The translations under genes and the position numbers were made by a program. The notes below the pieces were generated by a model that ran no database searches, was not told the origin of the DNA, and saw nothing but the letters and a program-made list of their open reading frames with translations. A DNA stretch of 64,000 nt from assembly GCF_902652985.1 (NCBI RefSeq), contig NC_047018.1, forward strand, positions 11,718,001 to 11,782,000. The letters are read 5' to 3'. Within the stretch, counting starts at the first letter, position 1. Each line of letters begins with the position of its first letter. Shown here in pieces: positions 41,901-54,892 of this stretch. This DNA comes from Pecten maximus (taxonomy: Eukaryota).

Positions 41901-44900
41901 GGTCCAAGAGGCTTCTATGGCATGATGGGTATTTAAAGTATACTAAGTATGGTGTTGGATCTGGTGGTCCAAGAGGCTTCTATGGCCTGATGGGTAAGTT
42001 TACTAAGTATGGTGTCGGATCTGGTGGTCCAAGAGGCTTCTATGGCATGATGGGTAAGTTTACTAAGTATGGTGTCGGATCTGGTGGTCCAAGAGGCTTC
42101 TATGGCCTGATGGGTAAGTATGATGTTGGATCTTGTGGTCTGAAAGTCTTCTATGGCATGATGGGTAAGTATTGTGCTGCACCTGTCAGAAGTAGATGTT
42201 CCCTTAGGTGGATAACATGACTCACCGACATGAAGAAAATGTTTCATAATGACATAGTGATAGTTTATCATATGATGTAGTGATAGTTGATTTTATTGTA
42301 CCTTTATATTTTACACTACTTAAAAAGTGGACAATAGAAATGCTATTTTATTTGAACCACATCCTCCGGAGATGCTATTAACCAGGTCAATAGTCAAAGG
42401 TGCTATTTACCAGGAATGAGTGCATTCATATTTTTGCTTCATTCATTCTGATTAGACAATGCATTTGTCATATCACTTCGGATCACCTCTACCACCATCC
42501 CTTGTATTACAGTAAAGTACGAAAGCACTTTTGAAAATGTAAGCATTTTCGAGACCAAGATGAAGCACACATAGTTTGTTTACTAAAATCTTTCAAGTGA
42601 ATGCTAAAGGAATATTTCAGAAAATGGCTTCATTTAAGTTTCGATAATCTGGATGAAGAAGTGCTGGGGATGATTTCTTTGATAAAGGCAGTGCTAACAC
42701 ATAACAAATAATCAAAACAGCAGTTAGCATGCTGAAAGACTGTCTTCAGGAAAAAGCATTAGGAACAGTGGAGGATATGAACACTGGTTCAAAAGAAAAA
42801 AATGGAATTATTTAAATGCTAGTATAATAAAACAGTTATTGTATGGGTACTTCTGGAAATAGCACTTTATTGTCCCTGTTGACATTAACTATTTCCCTCG
42901 GCTTTGCCCCAGGGAAATAGTTCATGTCTCAGGGGACAAAAAAAATGCTATTTCCTTCACACCCATACAATAACTGTATAATGTGATTTTGTGATTGTTG
43001 ATTAGGTAATGCAGTGATTGTTGATCATGTGATGCTGTGATTATTGATCATGTGATGCTGTGATTGTTGATCATGTGATGCTGTGATTATTGATCATGTG
43101 ATGCTGTGATTGTTGATCATGTGGTGTTCCATTTACAGATGTACATCTGGACCTAGAGGAGAAGTTGGCCAAGTTTATGGATTGTGAGGAGTCAATTCTC
43201 TACTCCTATGGCTTTGCCACCATAGCCAGTGCAATTCCAGCCTACTCCAAACGTGGTGATGTCATATTTGTGTAGGTTTGGTTTGTGTTTATTGTAATAT
43301 TATGGTGTCTTGATTTAAACCAAATCCAGATAAGATATGTATTTCTGAACTTCCATTTAACCTATATCCCTGATCTTACTCATACATCAATATTCACCAT
43401 CAAGTCAATGCTTCCAAGACTTAATTAATTCTATATAACTATGTATTTCTTAATTAATTCTATATAACTATGTATTTCTTTATTAGGGTATGTCTTGTAT
43501 GTCTTCGTCTGCTCCTGTCCGCATTGTATATATAGTTTAAATTCTGTTGTGTCGCCTGTTGATAGAGATGAAGGGGTGTGCTTTGCCATACAGAAAGGTC
43601 TGGTGGCATCTCGTAGTGCCATCAAGTGGTTCAAACACAACGATATGGAGGACTTGGAAAGACTGCTGAAGATCCAACAGGAGGAGGACAGGAGGGTAAA
43701 GCAGTTTGATGTCTCTGATGATCGAATGTGATATCTGAATCAAAATATTCCATGTACTGTTAGATTCTTACTATTAAAGATATGAATTATCATGATAATT
43801 TTAGTATATATAAAATGTTACAATAATGTGAAGCATAAACAAATTCAACATTCAAATAAAGTAATTCAAAAGTTGAATAATAACAGTAGTTTTATAGACA
43901 AAGAAATTTATTCTGCTTATCTTTATTTGAGGTATATATGATGAATTATTTGTTTGACAGATTCCTAAGAAAGCCAAAGTCACCAGACGGTTTTTAGTGG
44001 TGGAAGGGTTATACATAAACTATGCTGACATTTGTCCCCTCCCACAACTGGTAGGTCGTACATAAATCTAGCAACAAATGGTCATTGTAAGATATACAAG
44101 GTGTTGTTTTGCATATTATCTTAATCTCAAATTTAGATCTATTTGTTGGATGAGAAAGTAACAAATAGTAAAAATTACCATAATTGATTGTGGAGAACCA
44201 CTAGTCGCATTGTTGACATTCAGAATGAATTTGATACATCTATGTATATTAAGTTGAATTTTGTTGTATTGGTCCATAGGAGACAACATCCTAGCCCAAT
44301 ATTATGTGTTATCCCAGTGTCTATTTAGTTTTCCTTTATTACTGACTAGAGATGTTGGTATGAGAGACTTCTAGAAATGACTATTGTATGTTGTATATTG
44401 TATATCTGTTTTAGGTTGCATTGAAATGGAAATACAAGCTACGACTATTTATGGAGGAAAGTCTATCCTTTGGTGTGCTTGGGGCAAATGGCAAGGGAGT
44501 AACAGAGCACTTTGGTATTTCAGTAAGTATGTTTATTTTATTGTTTTTGCGATAAAATCGGCAATGTTAATGCAGGCGGGCCTGGGAACCAGTTAATTAA
44601 TTTTGTATGGCCTTATAAACTCTGATAATGTGGTCTTACCTGATACAGTGAAGTATCTTATTTTTAGCTCACCGGTTACGAGTAACTATGAACTAATGCT
44701 GTACTCCCAGTGTCCGCGTCGGCGTCCCCGCTGGCGTCGGCGTCCCACCCCACTTGAAAGTTTTTGGGATCAGTTTTTGGAAAGCTTTTAAGTCCAAAAG
44801 TATACACCTCACACCCTTCTTATTTGGTTTATACATTTATTAGAGGTCTAGGAGTGATGTTATAGCAAAATCATGCAGAAAAAAAGTGTGATTTATCTTG

Positions 44901-47900
44901 GCATTCTACTATTTAGTGGACTTAATTCTTTGGTACCAAAACCCACTTTTAAGATTTTGAGATATTAGGTGATGTACAATTTCAAAATGACATGCTTATG
45001 CATACATAAAAAATGAATGCATTGTGTGATTGCTGTCGCCGGTGAGCTTTGGCAATCATTGATTGCAGTTGTTTACATTGTGTCCATAACTCCTTCCACC
45101 CTTAAGCACTTACTCTTGTCCAGGCTTTATCTTCTACTGTAACAGTACTTGTCACTTTTGTTACAAATATTCCCATTGTAATTGGGTAAAATCTCAAAAG
45201 GCAGTCTCTCTGGGACTAGACCATAGACAGAAACCATACTTAAGTTTAACATCCATCATTGTAGCACCTTTAACAACAGAAATTATAAGACTTTCCCTCT
45301 TTATTTCAGCGAGATGAGGTAGATTTGATTGCAGCTACACTTGAAAACGCCATGGGAACATGTGGAGGCTTCTGTTGTGGGAAAAAATATGTAATAGATC
45401 ACCAGGTAAGTCAGTTACCCATTGGTCACAAAACATTGACAGATTGATCAGAGTGAAAGTCGTGGGTTTGTGAAGTTATTATGGCAACGTCAATATCTTA
45501 TTAAGCAACTTCACCTAGATTTAGAATCAAATTTTATTTCAATTTATTGTTAATTGAGCATTCACATTCCCATGATAACACAGTGAATACTGGAGACACA
45601 TAACCCTTGTTAACTCCCATGATAATACAGTGAATACTGGAGACACATAATCCATGTTAACTCCCATGATAATGCAGTGAATACCGGAGACACATAACCC
45701 TTGTTAACTCCCATGATAATACAGTGAATACCGGAGACACATAACCCTTGTTAACTCCCATGATAACACAGTGAATACCGGAGACACATAACCCTAGTTA
45801 ACTCCCATGATAATACAGTGAATTCTGGAGACACATAATCCATGTTAACTCCCATGATAATACAGTGAATACTGGAGACACATAACCCTTGTTAACTCCC
45901 ATGATAATACAGTGAATACTGGAGACACATAACAATTGTTAACTCCCATGATAATACAGTGAATACTGGAGACACATAACCCTTGTTAACTCCCATGATA
46001 ACACAGTGAATACCGGAGACACATAACCCTTGTTAACTCCCATGATAACACAGTGAATACCGGAGACACATAACCCTTGTTAACTCCCATGATAACACAG
46101 TGAATACCGGAGACACATAACCCTTGTTAACTCCCATGATAACACAGTGAATACCGGAGACACATAACCCTTGTTAACTCCCATGATAACACAGTGAATA
46201 CTGGAGACACATAACCCTTGTTAACTCCCATGATAATACAGTGAATTCTGGAGACCCATAATCCATGTAACTCCCATAATAACATAGTGAATACTGGAGA
46301 CACATAACCCTTGTTAACTCCCATGATAACACAGTGAATACTTGAGACATATAACCCTTGTTAACTCCCATGATAACACAGTGAATACCGGAGACACATA
46401 ACCCTTGTTTACTCCCATGATAACACAGTGAATACCGGAGACACATAACCCTTGTTAACTCCCATAATAACATAGTGAATACTGGAGACATATAACCCTT
46501 GTTAACTCTCATGATAATACAGTGAATACTGGAGACACATAACCCTTGTTAACTCCCATGATCATACAGTGAATACTGGAGACACATAACCCTTGTTAAC
46601 TCCCATGATAACACAGTGAATACCGGAGACACATAACCCTTGTTAACTCCCATAATAACATAGTGAATACTGGAGACACATAACCCTTGTTAACTCTCAT
46701 GATAATACAGTGAATACTGGAGACACATAACCCTTGTTAACTCCCATGATCATACAGTGAATACTGGAGACACATAACCCTTGTTAACTGCCATGATAAC
46801 ATAGTGAATACTGGAGACAGGGTAGGGTAATGTATCTGTAGGCCGTGTTGTTAAATGTGACAATTTTCAATATTCAATAGACAATATTCAAAATGGAAAT
46901 TTTTTTTTTACCCATAGAATAAAACATAATTGATAATTTTGTTGTCAGCGTCTTTCTGGCCTTGGCTACTGTTTCTCTGCCTCTTTGCCTCCCATGCTTG
47001 CCACAGTCGCCACAGAGGCCCTTCGCACTATGGAGCAGGATCCTTGTAAGTTATTGATTTTGTTATCAAATTGTCAATTATGTTATCAGTGCAGTTTGCA
47101 ATAGAAAATGATATTTATAGCACTTATTTGTAAAATAAATGTACATTAGTGTCATTAGTGAAACAGGTTTAAATACCACCATAAAGTTTTACACTACCAT
47201 CAATTCAAAATATAATCTGACAAGTTTGAATTGAAAAGCTTTTGTGAATATGCCTGTATGTATGATGCTGTTTTCTTTCCTTTCAGCAATGCTAACAAAA
47301 CTGAGTCACAACTGTCAACAGGTTCATGAGAAATTATCTAGGTATTCCGCAGACATTTTTTGGTTATGTTTTCTTTGTGAATTAGCCATTTTCATATCAC
47401 CTTTAGCTGTTGTGAGATGTAAAACCTTTAACAAACAAAATCATCAGTTTATTAATTTTATAAATTTATCTTAATTTGAACAAATTATTCTTTACAAACA
47501 AGAGCCTGCATCAGTGCAGATCATATTCCAATTTTGTATAAACAAAAGGTTTGAAAATCTCTGAAATGTGAAGAAAAAATTTCACCAAAACAGAAAGATA
47601 ATCCATTTGTATTAAAAAAGTATATTAAATGAAATTAAATGATAATTGGTAATTTTGATTTTTGTTTATCAGAATACCAGGAATACAGGTAAATGGGGAT
47701 CCTGTAGCTCCAATTAAACATGTGAGACTGGAGGAACTGAATGATGACCGATCCATAAATGTACAGACATTGGAGAAGATTGTAGACAAGGTAATTTATA
47801 TATATAGGACATGTGTAGTGTATCATAACTACAGACATTGGACAAGATTGTAGACAAGGTAATTTATATATAGGACATGTGTAGTGTATCATTACTACAG

Positions 47901-50128
47901 ACATTGGACAAGATTGTAGACAAGGTAATTTATATATAGGACATGTGTCGTTTATCATAACTACAGACATTGGACAAGGTAATTTATATATAGGACATGT
48001 GTAGTTTATCATAACTACAGACATTGGACAAGGAAATTTATATATAGGACATGTGTCGTTTATCATTGCTACAGACATTGGACAAGATTGTAGACAAGGT
48101 AATTTATATATAGGACATGTGTCGTTTATCATAACTACAGACATTGGACAAGATTGTAGACAAGGTAATTTATATATAGGACATGTGTCGTTTATCATTG
48201 CTACTGACATTGGACAAGATTGTAGACAAGGTAATTTATATATAGGACATGTGTCGTTTATCATAACTACAGACATTGGACAAGATTGTAGACAAGGTAA
48301 TTTATATATAGGACATGTGTCGTTTATCATTGCTACAGACATTGGACAAGATTGTAGACAAGGTAATTTATATATAGGACATGTGTCGTTTATCATTGCT
48401 ACAGACATTGGACAAGATTGTAGACAAGGTAATTTATATATAGGACATGTGTAGTTTATCATAACTACAGACATTGGACAAGGTAATTTATATCAAGGAC
48501 ATGTGTAGTGTATCGTTACTACAGACATTGGACAAGGTAATTTATATATAGGACATGTGTCGTTTATCATTGCTACAGACATTGGACAAGGTTGTAGATG
48601 AATTAAGTCTTATATTCATATAGAGAGATTGAACAGAAATGTATAAACTGATTGGTTTGTATATGAAAACATCTGTATATACATTTTTTGGTGTAATTTC
48701 AGGCACATGATTTTGGTTTGGCTATTACCGTTGCGAGATACCTGGAATCTGAAGAGCACATCACTCCAATCCCAAGGTATTGTAATCTGTCTGTGTATCG
48801 TGGCCATTTTGGTGTCGCCTACAACAGATGTCGGAAAGGCGGCAGTGCTTTTCTGACAGAGGCAGTGGCATCAACAATGTTAAGGTTTCATGTTTAGCTC
48901 TGTTTCTGACAAAGCAAAATTAACAAACCCTCAATCACAGATTTCTATAGGTAGTAGAGCCTACGACACTAAAAACATTTCATGGATTTCTGCATACGAT
49001 GTATAGCTGAAGGCATTACACTCTTTTTATAATATTTCTATATTTATTAGTATTTTTTGAGTGAAAACTTCCTGGACTTAGAAGAAAATCAATGAGCCTC
49101 TTCAAATATATCCTTGAGTTGCCATGTAAAATGCTTATGACATCTAAATATTTATATATAAATCATATTAAAGTAAGACAGGCAACACATAATTGCAAAT
49201 TAAAAATTGTGCGGGACATAAATATTTATTGCATGTAATTCTTGTATAAGTATGGGCATCGTGTGTATCTGTGTAGGATATGTACGCCATTTTACCATAA
49301 TTTCCTGCATATAGCCAGTGTTCTATAACAGTTTTTTTTACATCTAGTGATGTCTTTCATGGGTTATCTGCCTGAGTGGACTGCAATTCTTTTTACACAA
49401 ATGTGAAAAATGTGGTTTATACATTATTTTCCCATAGAGAAATAAAAACCACAGACAAAATACAGTCAGTAGCAAGTTTGTATGTCTGTATTGAATAGTC
49501 TTCATTATTTCCTATGTCTCAAGTTCACTGCTCACAGTCATAAATTTTGATTGACACTACAACAAACAATTCATTAATTGAACGTGTATTTTCAAGGTTC
49601 ACACATAAATGTATACAAATATGCATGAGTATCATCAATGTATGGGCAATCTGCCTGTGCAGGTTATCTGAAAGTATTTTTGCAAAATGCTTCAAAATGT
49701 CTTATTTTACATCCTGCTGGCTTTACCCCAATGGGGTCAATAGTCAATACACAGAAAATTGGTTTATGGTAATATATATACTTATACATTGTATATAAAA
49801 TGACCAAAATAGCCATATTTGTATATTAACTTTTTGTACACAGAGAGAGCTTTCTGATGAGTCTTACCTTACTTTGTCAATTTTAATGAATTAGATAATT
49901 TTTACTCTTTAGTAGCAGAGTATACATTGTTCCTTCTTTTGTTGATGTATTACATTGATTGAGAGTGAACTGTATTGTAATCATGTTGCACTGTTATGTT
50001 TCAGTATAAGGCTTTCTGTCAATTCAAACCTCACAGATGAGGAGATCGATAAGAGTATTGAACTCCTTGGCAAAGCTTGTGCCTCAGTGCTCAACAGGTC
50101 AGTAGTTCATGAGATGATGGGGCTTTAA
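38993..50128 (+). CDS. SPTLC1: Serine palmitoyltransferase long chain base subunit 1 (about 489 aa)
   Basis: 15 phase-consistent exons: 38993-39058 (GC donor), 39321-39428, 40432-40535, 40948-41041, 41376-41448, 43139-43271, 43566-43695, 43961-44050, 44415-44522, 45310-45405, 46949-47045, 47287-47341, 47673-47790, 48703-48776, 50005-50128 (1470 nt). Motifs: [86 protein letters not shown]. Confidence 0.97.
41399..42172 (+). repeat. 60-bp tandem array built from the SPTLC1 exon 5 3' end plus its donor, about 13 copies
   Basis: Unit aa(g/a)tatggtgt(c/t)ggatctggtggtccaagaggcttctatggc.tgatgg|gtaagt(a/t)tact. The first copy is the genuine exon end. Confidence 0.97.
42270..42980. mobile_element. 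Non-autonomous element with a ~145-bp terminal palindrome, possibly Crypton-derived
   Basis: Imperfect inverted repeat 42832-42978 (acagttattgtatgggt...ctatttccctcg / cagggaaatag...acccatacaataactgt). An internal broken frame [21 protein letters not shown] resembles the N-terminus of Crypton-type tyrosine recombinase proteins (from memory). Confidence 0.45.
43008..43125. repeat. 23-bp minisatellite (tgatcatgtgatgctgtgatt(g/a)t) x5, immediately upstream of the SPTLC1 exon 6 acceptor
   Basis: Directly visible. Confidence 0.9.
44661..45075 (+). mobile_element. Non-autonomous Helentron/HINE-like element
   Basis: ttttt-agctcaccgg, a gcgtcggcgtc microsatellite, then ccggtgagct + palindrome gcaatcattgattgc + ttgttt. 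Confidence 0.8.
45567..46820. repeat. 47-bp minisatellite (ctcccatgataacacagtgaatac(c/t)ggagacacataacccttgttaa), about 27 copies
   Basis: Directly visible tandem array in SPTLC1 intron 10. Confidence 0.97.
47762..48598 (+). repeat. 66/54-bp tandem array built from the SPTLC1 exon 13 3' end plus its donor, about 14 copies
   Basis: Unit tacagacattggacaag(attgtagacaag)|gtaatttatatataggacatgtgt.gt.tatcat..c. The first copy (68 bp) is the genuine exon end at 47790. Confidence 0.97.
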
Positions 50129-50168
50129 AAAACAGGTCAGTAGTTCATGAGATGATGGGGCTTTAAAA
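50093..50168 (+). repeat. Exact 38-bp tandem duplication covering a CAG|GTCAGT donor and the SPTLC1 stop codon
   Basis: aacaggtcagtagttcatgagatgatggggctttaaaa occurs twice. Confidence 0.95.
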
Positions 50169-50189
50169 ACTGCTTCTTGTTTGTGGTTT

Positions 50190-50780
50190 GTCTATCCTTC
50201 AATAATTTCTTTTTTTTTCAATCTTTCTTTGTCAAATGCCTGTCAGTCTGAACATTTCACATTTTCTCAAACACTCCTTTCAGAACCAATTTTAATGAAA
50301 TTGTGCAGAATCTTTTTTTGGCCAAATGTCAACCAAAATTGTAAATCATATGGTCTCAAACACCCAGGGGTCTGAAGCATAGCAATGGAGCTAAAAGGGA
50401 TCAAATTGACTGAATTTCAAAGTTTTCTTCTGGAGGCCCAAGTGTGGTAGAATCAAATACTCTTCATTGATGGAATGGCCTGAAAGGGCTTTATCAAAGT
50501 TGTAAATTTCATGGCACCTGTGTAAATGGGTCAAATTGACTTGAATTTCAGAAGTCTTCTAAACACTCAGGTAGGGTTTCAAATACTCTTCATAGATGGA
50601 AGGGTCTTAAGGTACTTTATTAAAATTGTTAAAGTCATGGACCCTGGGTTTGATGTTTCCCCCATGGGAGAAACTAAACTTTACTATTATCAATACTCAC
50701 AGGAACTGTTTAGAATTGTATTATGGATACATAGAGGACAATTGTCGGTTTAAGACCCTGGTGACTGTGGACTTCTTATA
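50190..50780 (+). mobile_element. Degenerate HINE-like element
   Basis: Shares motifs with 27876-28317 and 55830-56200 (caaccaaaattgt, gggtcaaattgac, tcaaatactcttcat, attgt.aatttcatgg). Confidence 0.5.
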
Positions 50781-52362
50781 ATCACTACTCAAAGATAACT
50801 CAACAGATCATTTTAAGATTTATATACAGGTTCCCCTTGTAATTATCTACTGTATTGCAAGGACTGTATTGGTGCATTAAAAGCTCACTGATGACGAGGA
50901 CATTGTTACTTAGTTTTATATATAATTATCCAACTATTAAACTGCATGATGTTACAACTTTATCAAATTTTAAATGTTTATAAACCACTCTAATGTACTG
51001 CTTTACAACTTATCAATACACTTTTTCATTTTACAGTTATTCTGAGATGTGGAGATCAAGATGTTTGAACAATAGCCCAACAGAGAACGAAATACAATGG
51101 TCATGGTGGAAACAAGAATAGTGTTGTCATGGAAACATTGAAATTTGATGCATAGTTACTATAGCTGTTCCAATATCAAGGCCATTATTATTTAAGGAAG
51201 TTGTGATAGTACAGATATAATATATGACCTTACATATGTTTTCCTTCGCCATTAATAAGCCAACCTATACCTTGAGCCGTGGTATGTATTGGGCCCTTTA
51301 ATTATTTATCTTGTTTTTTTTGCCAATTGGTTGAAAACAGGCTAGGTCACATGATAAACCTGTATAAAACAGTATTGACCGCTGTTTCTAGAAATATTGA
51401 CCGCTGTTTCCAAAGTTAAATATTGAGGACCCTGTGAAAGATTAGCTTTGCTAAACAGGTTGTTTAACCTTAGTAAATTAAGTTTATTATTATTATTATT
51501 AAATACCTGTGTCATCTAGCTCACAAATGTGCTCAGTGTCTCTGGCCACTTGAAACAAACATTTCGCCAACTAGGACAAAGCATAAACAACAGCTGGTAG
51601 ACAATGTTGTCAAACCTAGGTTTTCAAAATCTATCAAAAAGATGTTGACAACAATGAGGACTTCACAGAGACAAAGTCGACGACTAGTACAACAGTCAAG
51701 TTCTTCATACAATACCTGTGGTCAAAAATAAACATAAGTTGATGTTTATTCCATTTGAAGTTTTTATCTGATGTATGTGACTTGTAAGGACTGTTGAGAA
51801 TTCTACACTGTTATCACACAGAATTAGCTTTCGATGACATTTAGAGAAAGGAAATCTAGATATTAACCTCCATAAATAGAAATTGAGAAATATGTTATCT
51901 CATAATTCAGACAATTATCAGTGCAACAACGTTATCATGGTAGTTAATGTTTTAGTGTATATAGACTTAATAATGTATGAGCCAATACACAAGTATAATT
52001 ACAGGTCAATAATAATAATCTTATTCTTTTGGACCTGTTAAGTTATCAATTTTAAATTGTTTTTCTGAAGCAAATGATTATAAGTAAAACTGATTATTAT
52101 CCAACCCATCCCACTCCAAGATTTACCAAAAAATCAAGAAATATAATTAAGCAATTAAGGCATTTTAAATTTGGTTGATACCTGGTTATATAAGTTAAGA
52201 AAAAATATGGACCTTGGACTTCATCCTCAGTTAATATTTTGTCTTTGGTTAATATAACCATGTATTGACCTCATTAAAATTCTGTATTTGTATATTAGAA
52301 ATGAATTAAGTTTAATACCTTCTACACTCTCTAACATCACTATGACGGTACTAGTCATTTGT

Positions 52363-53186
52363 CATACACACAATTTAGTGTTATCATACACACAATTTAG
52401 TGTTATCATACACACAATTAAGTGTTACCATACACACAATTTAGTGTTACCATACACACAATTTAGTGTTATCGTACACACAATTTAGTGTTACCATACA
52501 CACAATTTAGTGTTACCATACACACAATTTAGTGTTATCGTACACACAATTTAGTGTTATCATACACACAATTTGTGTTACCATACACACAATTTAGTGT
52601 TATCATACACACAATTTAGTGTTACCATACACACAATTTAGTGTTATTGTACACAAAATTTAGTGTTATCGTACACACAATTTAGTGTTATCGTACACAC
52701 AATTTAGTGTTACCATACACACAATTTAGTGTTATCATACACACAATTTAGTGTTATCATACACACAATTTAGTGTTATCGTTCACACAATTTAGTGTTA
52801 CCGTACACACAATTTAGTGTTTTCATACACACAATTTAGTGTTACCATACACACAATTTAGTGTTATCGTACACATAGTTTAGTGTTATCGTACACACAA
52901 TTTAGTGTTACCATACACACAATTTAGTGTTACCATACACACAATTTAGTGTTACCATACACATAATTTAGTGTTACCATACACACAATTTAGTGTTACC
53001 ATACACTCAATTTAGTGGTACCATACACACAATTTGTGTTACCATACACACAATTTGTGTTACCATACACACAATTTAGTGTTACCATACACACAGTTTA
53101 GTGTTACCATACACACAATTTAGTGTTATCATACACACAATTTAGTGTTACCATACACACAATTTAGTGTTATCATACACACAGCT
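52363..53186. repeat. 22-bp satellite (catacacacaatttagtgtta(t/c)), about 37 copies
   Basis: Directly visible tandem array. Confidence 0.97.
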
Positions 53187-54477
53187 TAGGATGGTGTGTT
53201 GTGTTCAGTGTATTGTGATCATTTGTAGATGACTAGATTTACCATTTTTACATATTACTTGTTTATTTGTAGAAGAGGAGAGAAATATGATGTAGATATA
53301 TACCACATGCTACAATGTGCCTTTATAGAGTTTTAATTTTACTTTATTTTATTGCATGATGACAAAGATCACCCAATAGTATAATGAAGAAAATCATTAT
53401 CATTCAATTCTAGTAGCGTATTTATATTTCTACCACAATACTCTGTGTTATTCCACTTTTGGGCCTTTGTATAAATGTGCCGACTGTTGTATACAGTTTT
53501 TCCACTAGTGATATATAACCTTTCAGTCTTTTGATTTGTCAAGAATTCAAATTTTGACCCAAGCTGCAAGTGTTATTGACGTCATCAATAATCGAATGAC
53601 CTCACATGACCAGGTCTCGGCCATCACTTGTACAACTTATTTGCTTGCGATAAATAAGATTTGGCCGTGTTTCCATTTGATTCAAGCCAATATTATTGTG
53701 GTAGAAACAGGTCACACGACTCTTAATATTTGGATATGAAATTTATTTTACACTAATAAATTATGTTTTAAAAGTTACAAAAGACACTTGCTAAAGCTTG
53801 TCTTTTTTATTTTATTTTTTTTAAATAACTTACACGTGTAAAATAAATTCCATATCCAACAGTCACTCTTGTAACCTCTATCACTCTTGTAACCTCTATA
53901 TATCTTTGTATAATCAAAAATCATCCATGCCAGAACAAAAACTGTTTTTCGTATAGATATGTTAATGCATTAAGTACTTGTATTATATTTTTCATAGTTT
54001 TACCATTTCTTTACCAAATACAATGTATTTCAGTTCATGGGAAATCCTGTTCCATTTCTATCAAGTGCCCATATTTTAGATAGAAATGGTCCTCTTTTTT
54101 ATGTAGCATTTCGTTCCGATATTGTTTTTTAGTTTCAGATCTGTAGAGTACCAAGGTAGATATAATCTCTCTGTTATATCATAACAAAATTAGATTGATG
54201 GAAGTGGACGACACTGATCAAGTCTGAATCTCTGTGATATATATCCAGTACAATACGAGTTATTGTTGATACACCATCATTACAAATAATCTAATATTTG
54301 ATTGTTTCATTACTTCTAGTTTTGTACCTTCTTTATGACATGCACCCATATTTATTTTTGATTTCATTCATCAAAGAATATGAGAGTTTTGACTGAGTGG
54401 AGTAACTGTGTAAGATAGAGGTGTGATGCTGAAATTGATGTAATAAAGTATATCTAGTGACTGAGTGGTTATACTTA
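53187..54477 (+). repeat. Duplicated block, copy 1 (other copy 62729-64000+)
   Basis: Near-identical to 62729-64000, with scattered substitutions and small indels. Confidence 0.95.
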
Positions 54478-54622
54478 TACAAATGTGGGGTGTAATGTCA
54501 AACATATATTTTGGTGGTAAATCTTACAATCTAAATGCTTCGGTTGATTTTTATATAAAAACAGATTAGTCACATGATAATTTGTATTTCCTACTGTGAG
54601 CTATAGATGTCTCACATGACAG

Positions 54623-54892
54623 TTATCCAGTGTGGACCAGATCTGAAAACCTACTGCTGTGTTAGACCTTGTCGTTTATCCAGTGTGGACCAGATCTGAA
54701 ATCCTACTGCTGTGTTAGACCTTGTTGTTTATCCAGTGTGGACCAGATCTAAAAACCTACTGCTGTGTTAGACCTTGTCGTTTATCCAGTGTGGACCAGA
54801 TCTAAAAACCTACTGCTGTGTTAGACCTTGTCGTTTATCCAGTGTGGACCAGATCTAAAAACCTACTGCTGTGTTAGACCTTGTCGTTTATC
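54623..54892. repeat. 53-bp minisatellite x5 (ttatccagtgtggaccagatctaaaaacctactgctgtgttagaccttgtcgt)
   Basis: Directly visible. Confidence 0.95.

Noticed and set aside
41394-41936. 180-aa Gly-rich repeat ORF as an independent gene
   Set aside because: It is SPTLC1 exon 5 reading through into the 60-bp donor array.
53369-53569. Identical 66-aa ORFs at 53369-53569 and 62912-63112 as a conserved gene
   Set aside because: The identity is explained by the recent duplication; no motif or splice support.
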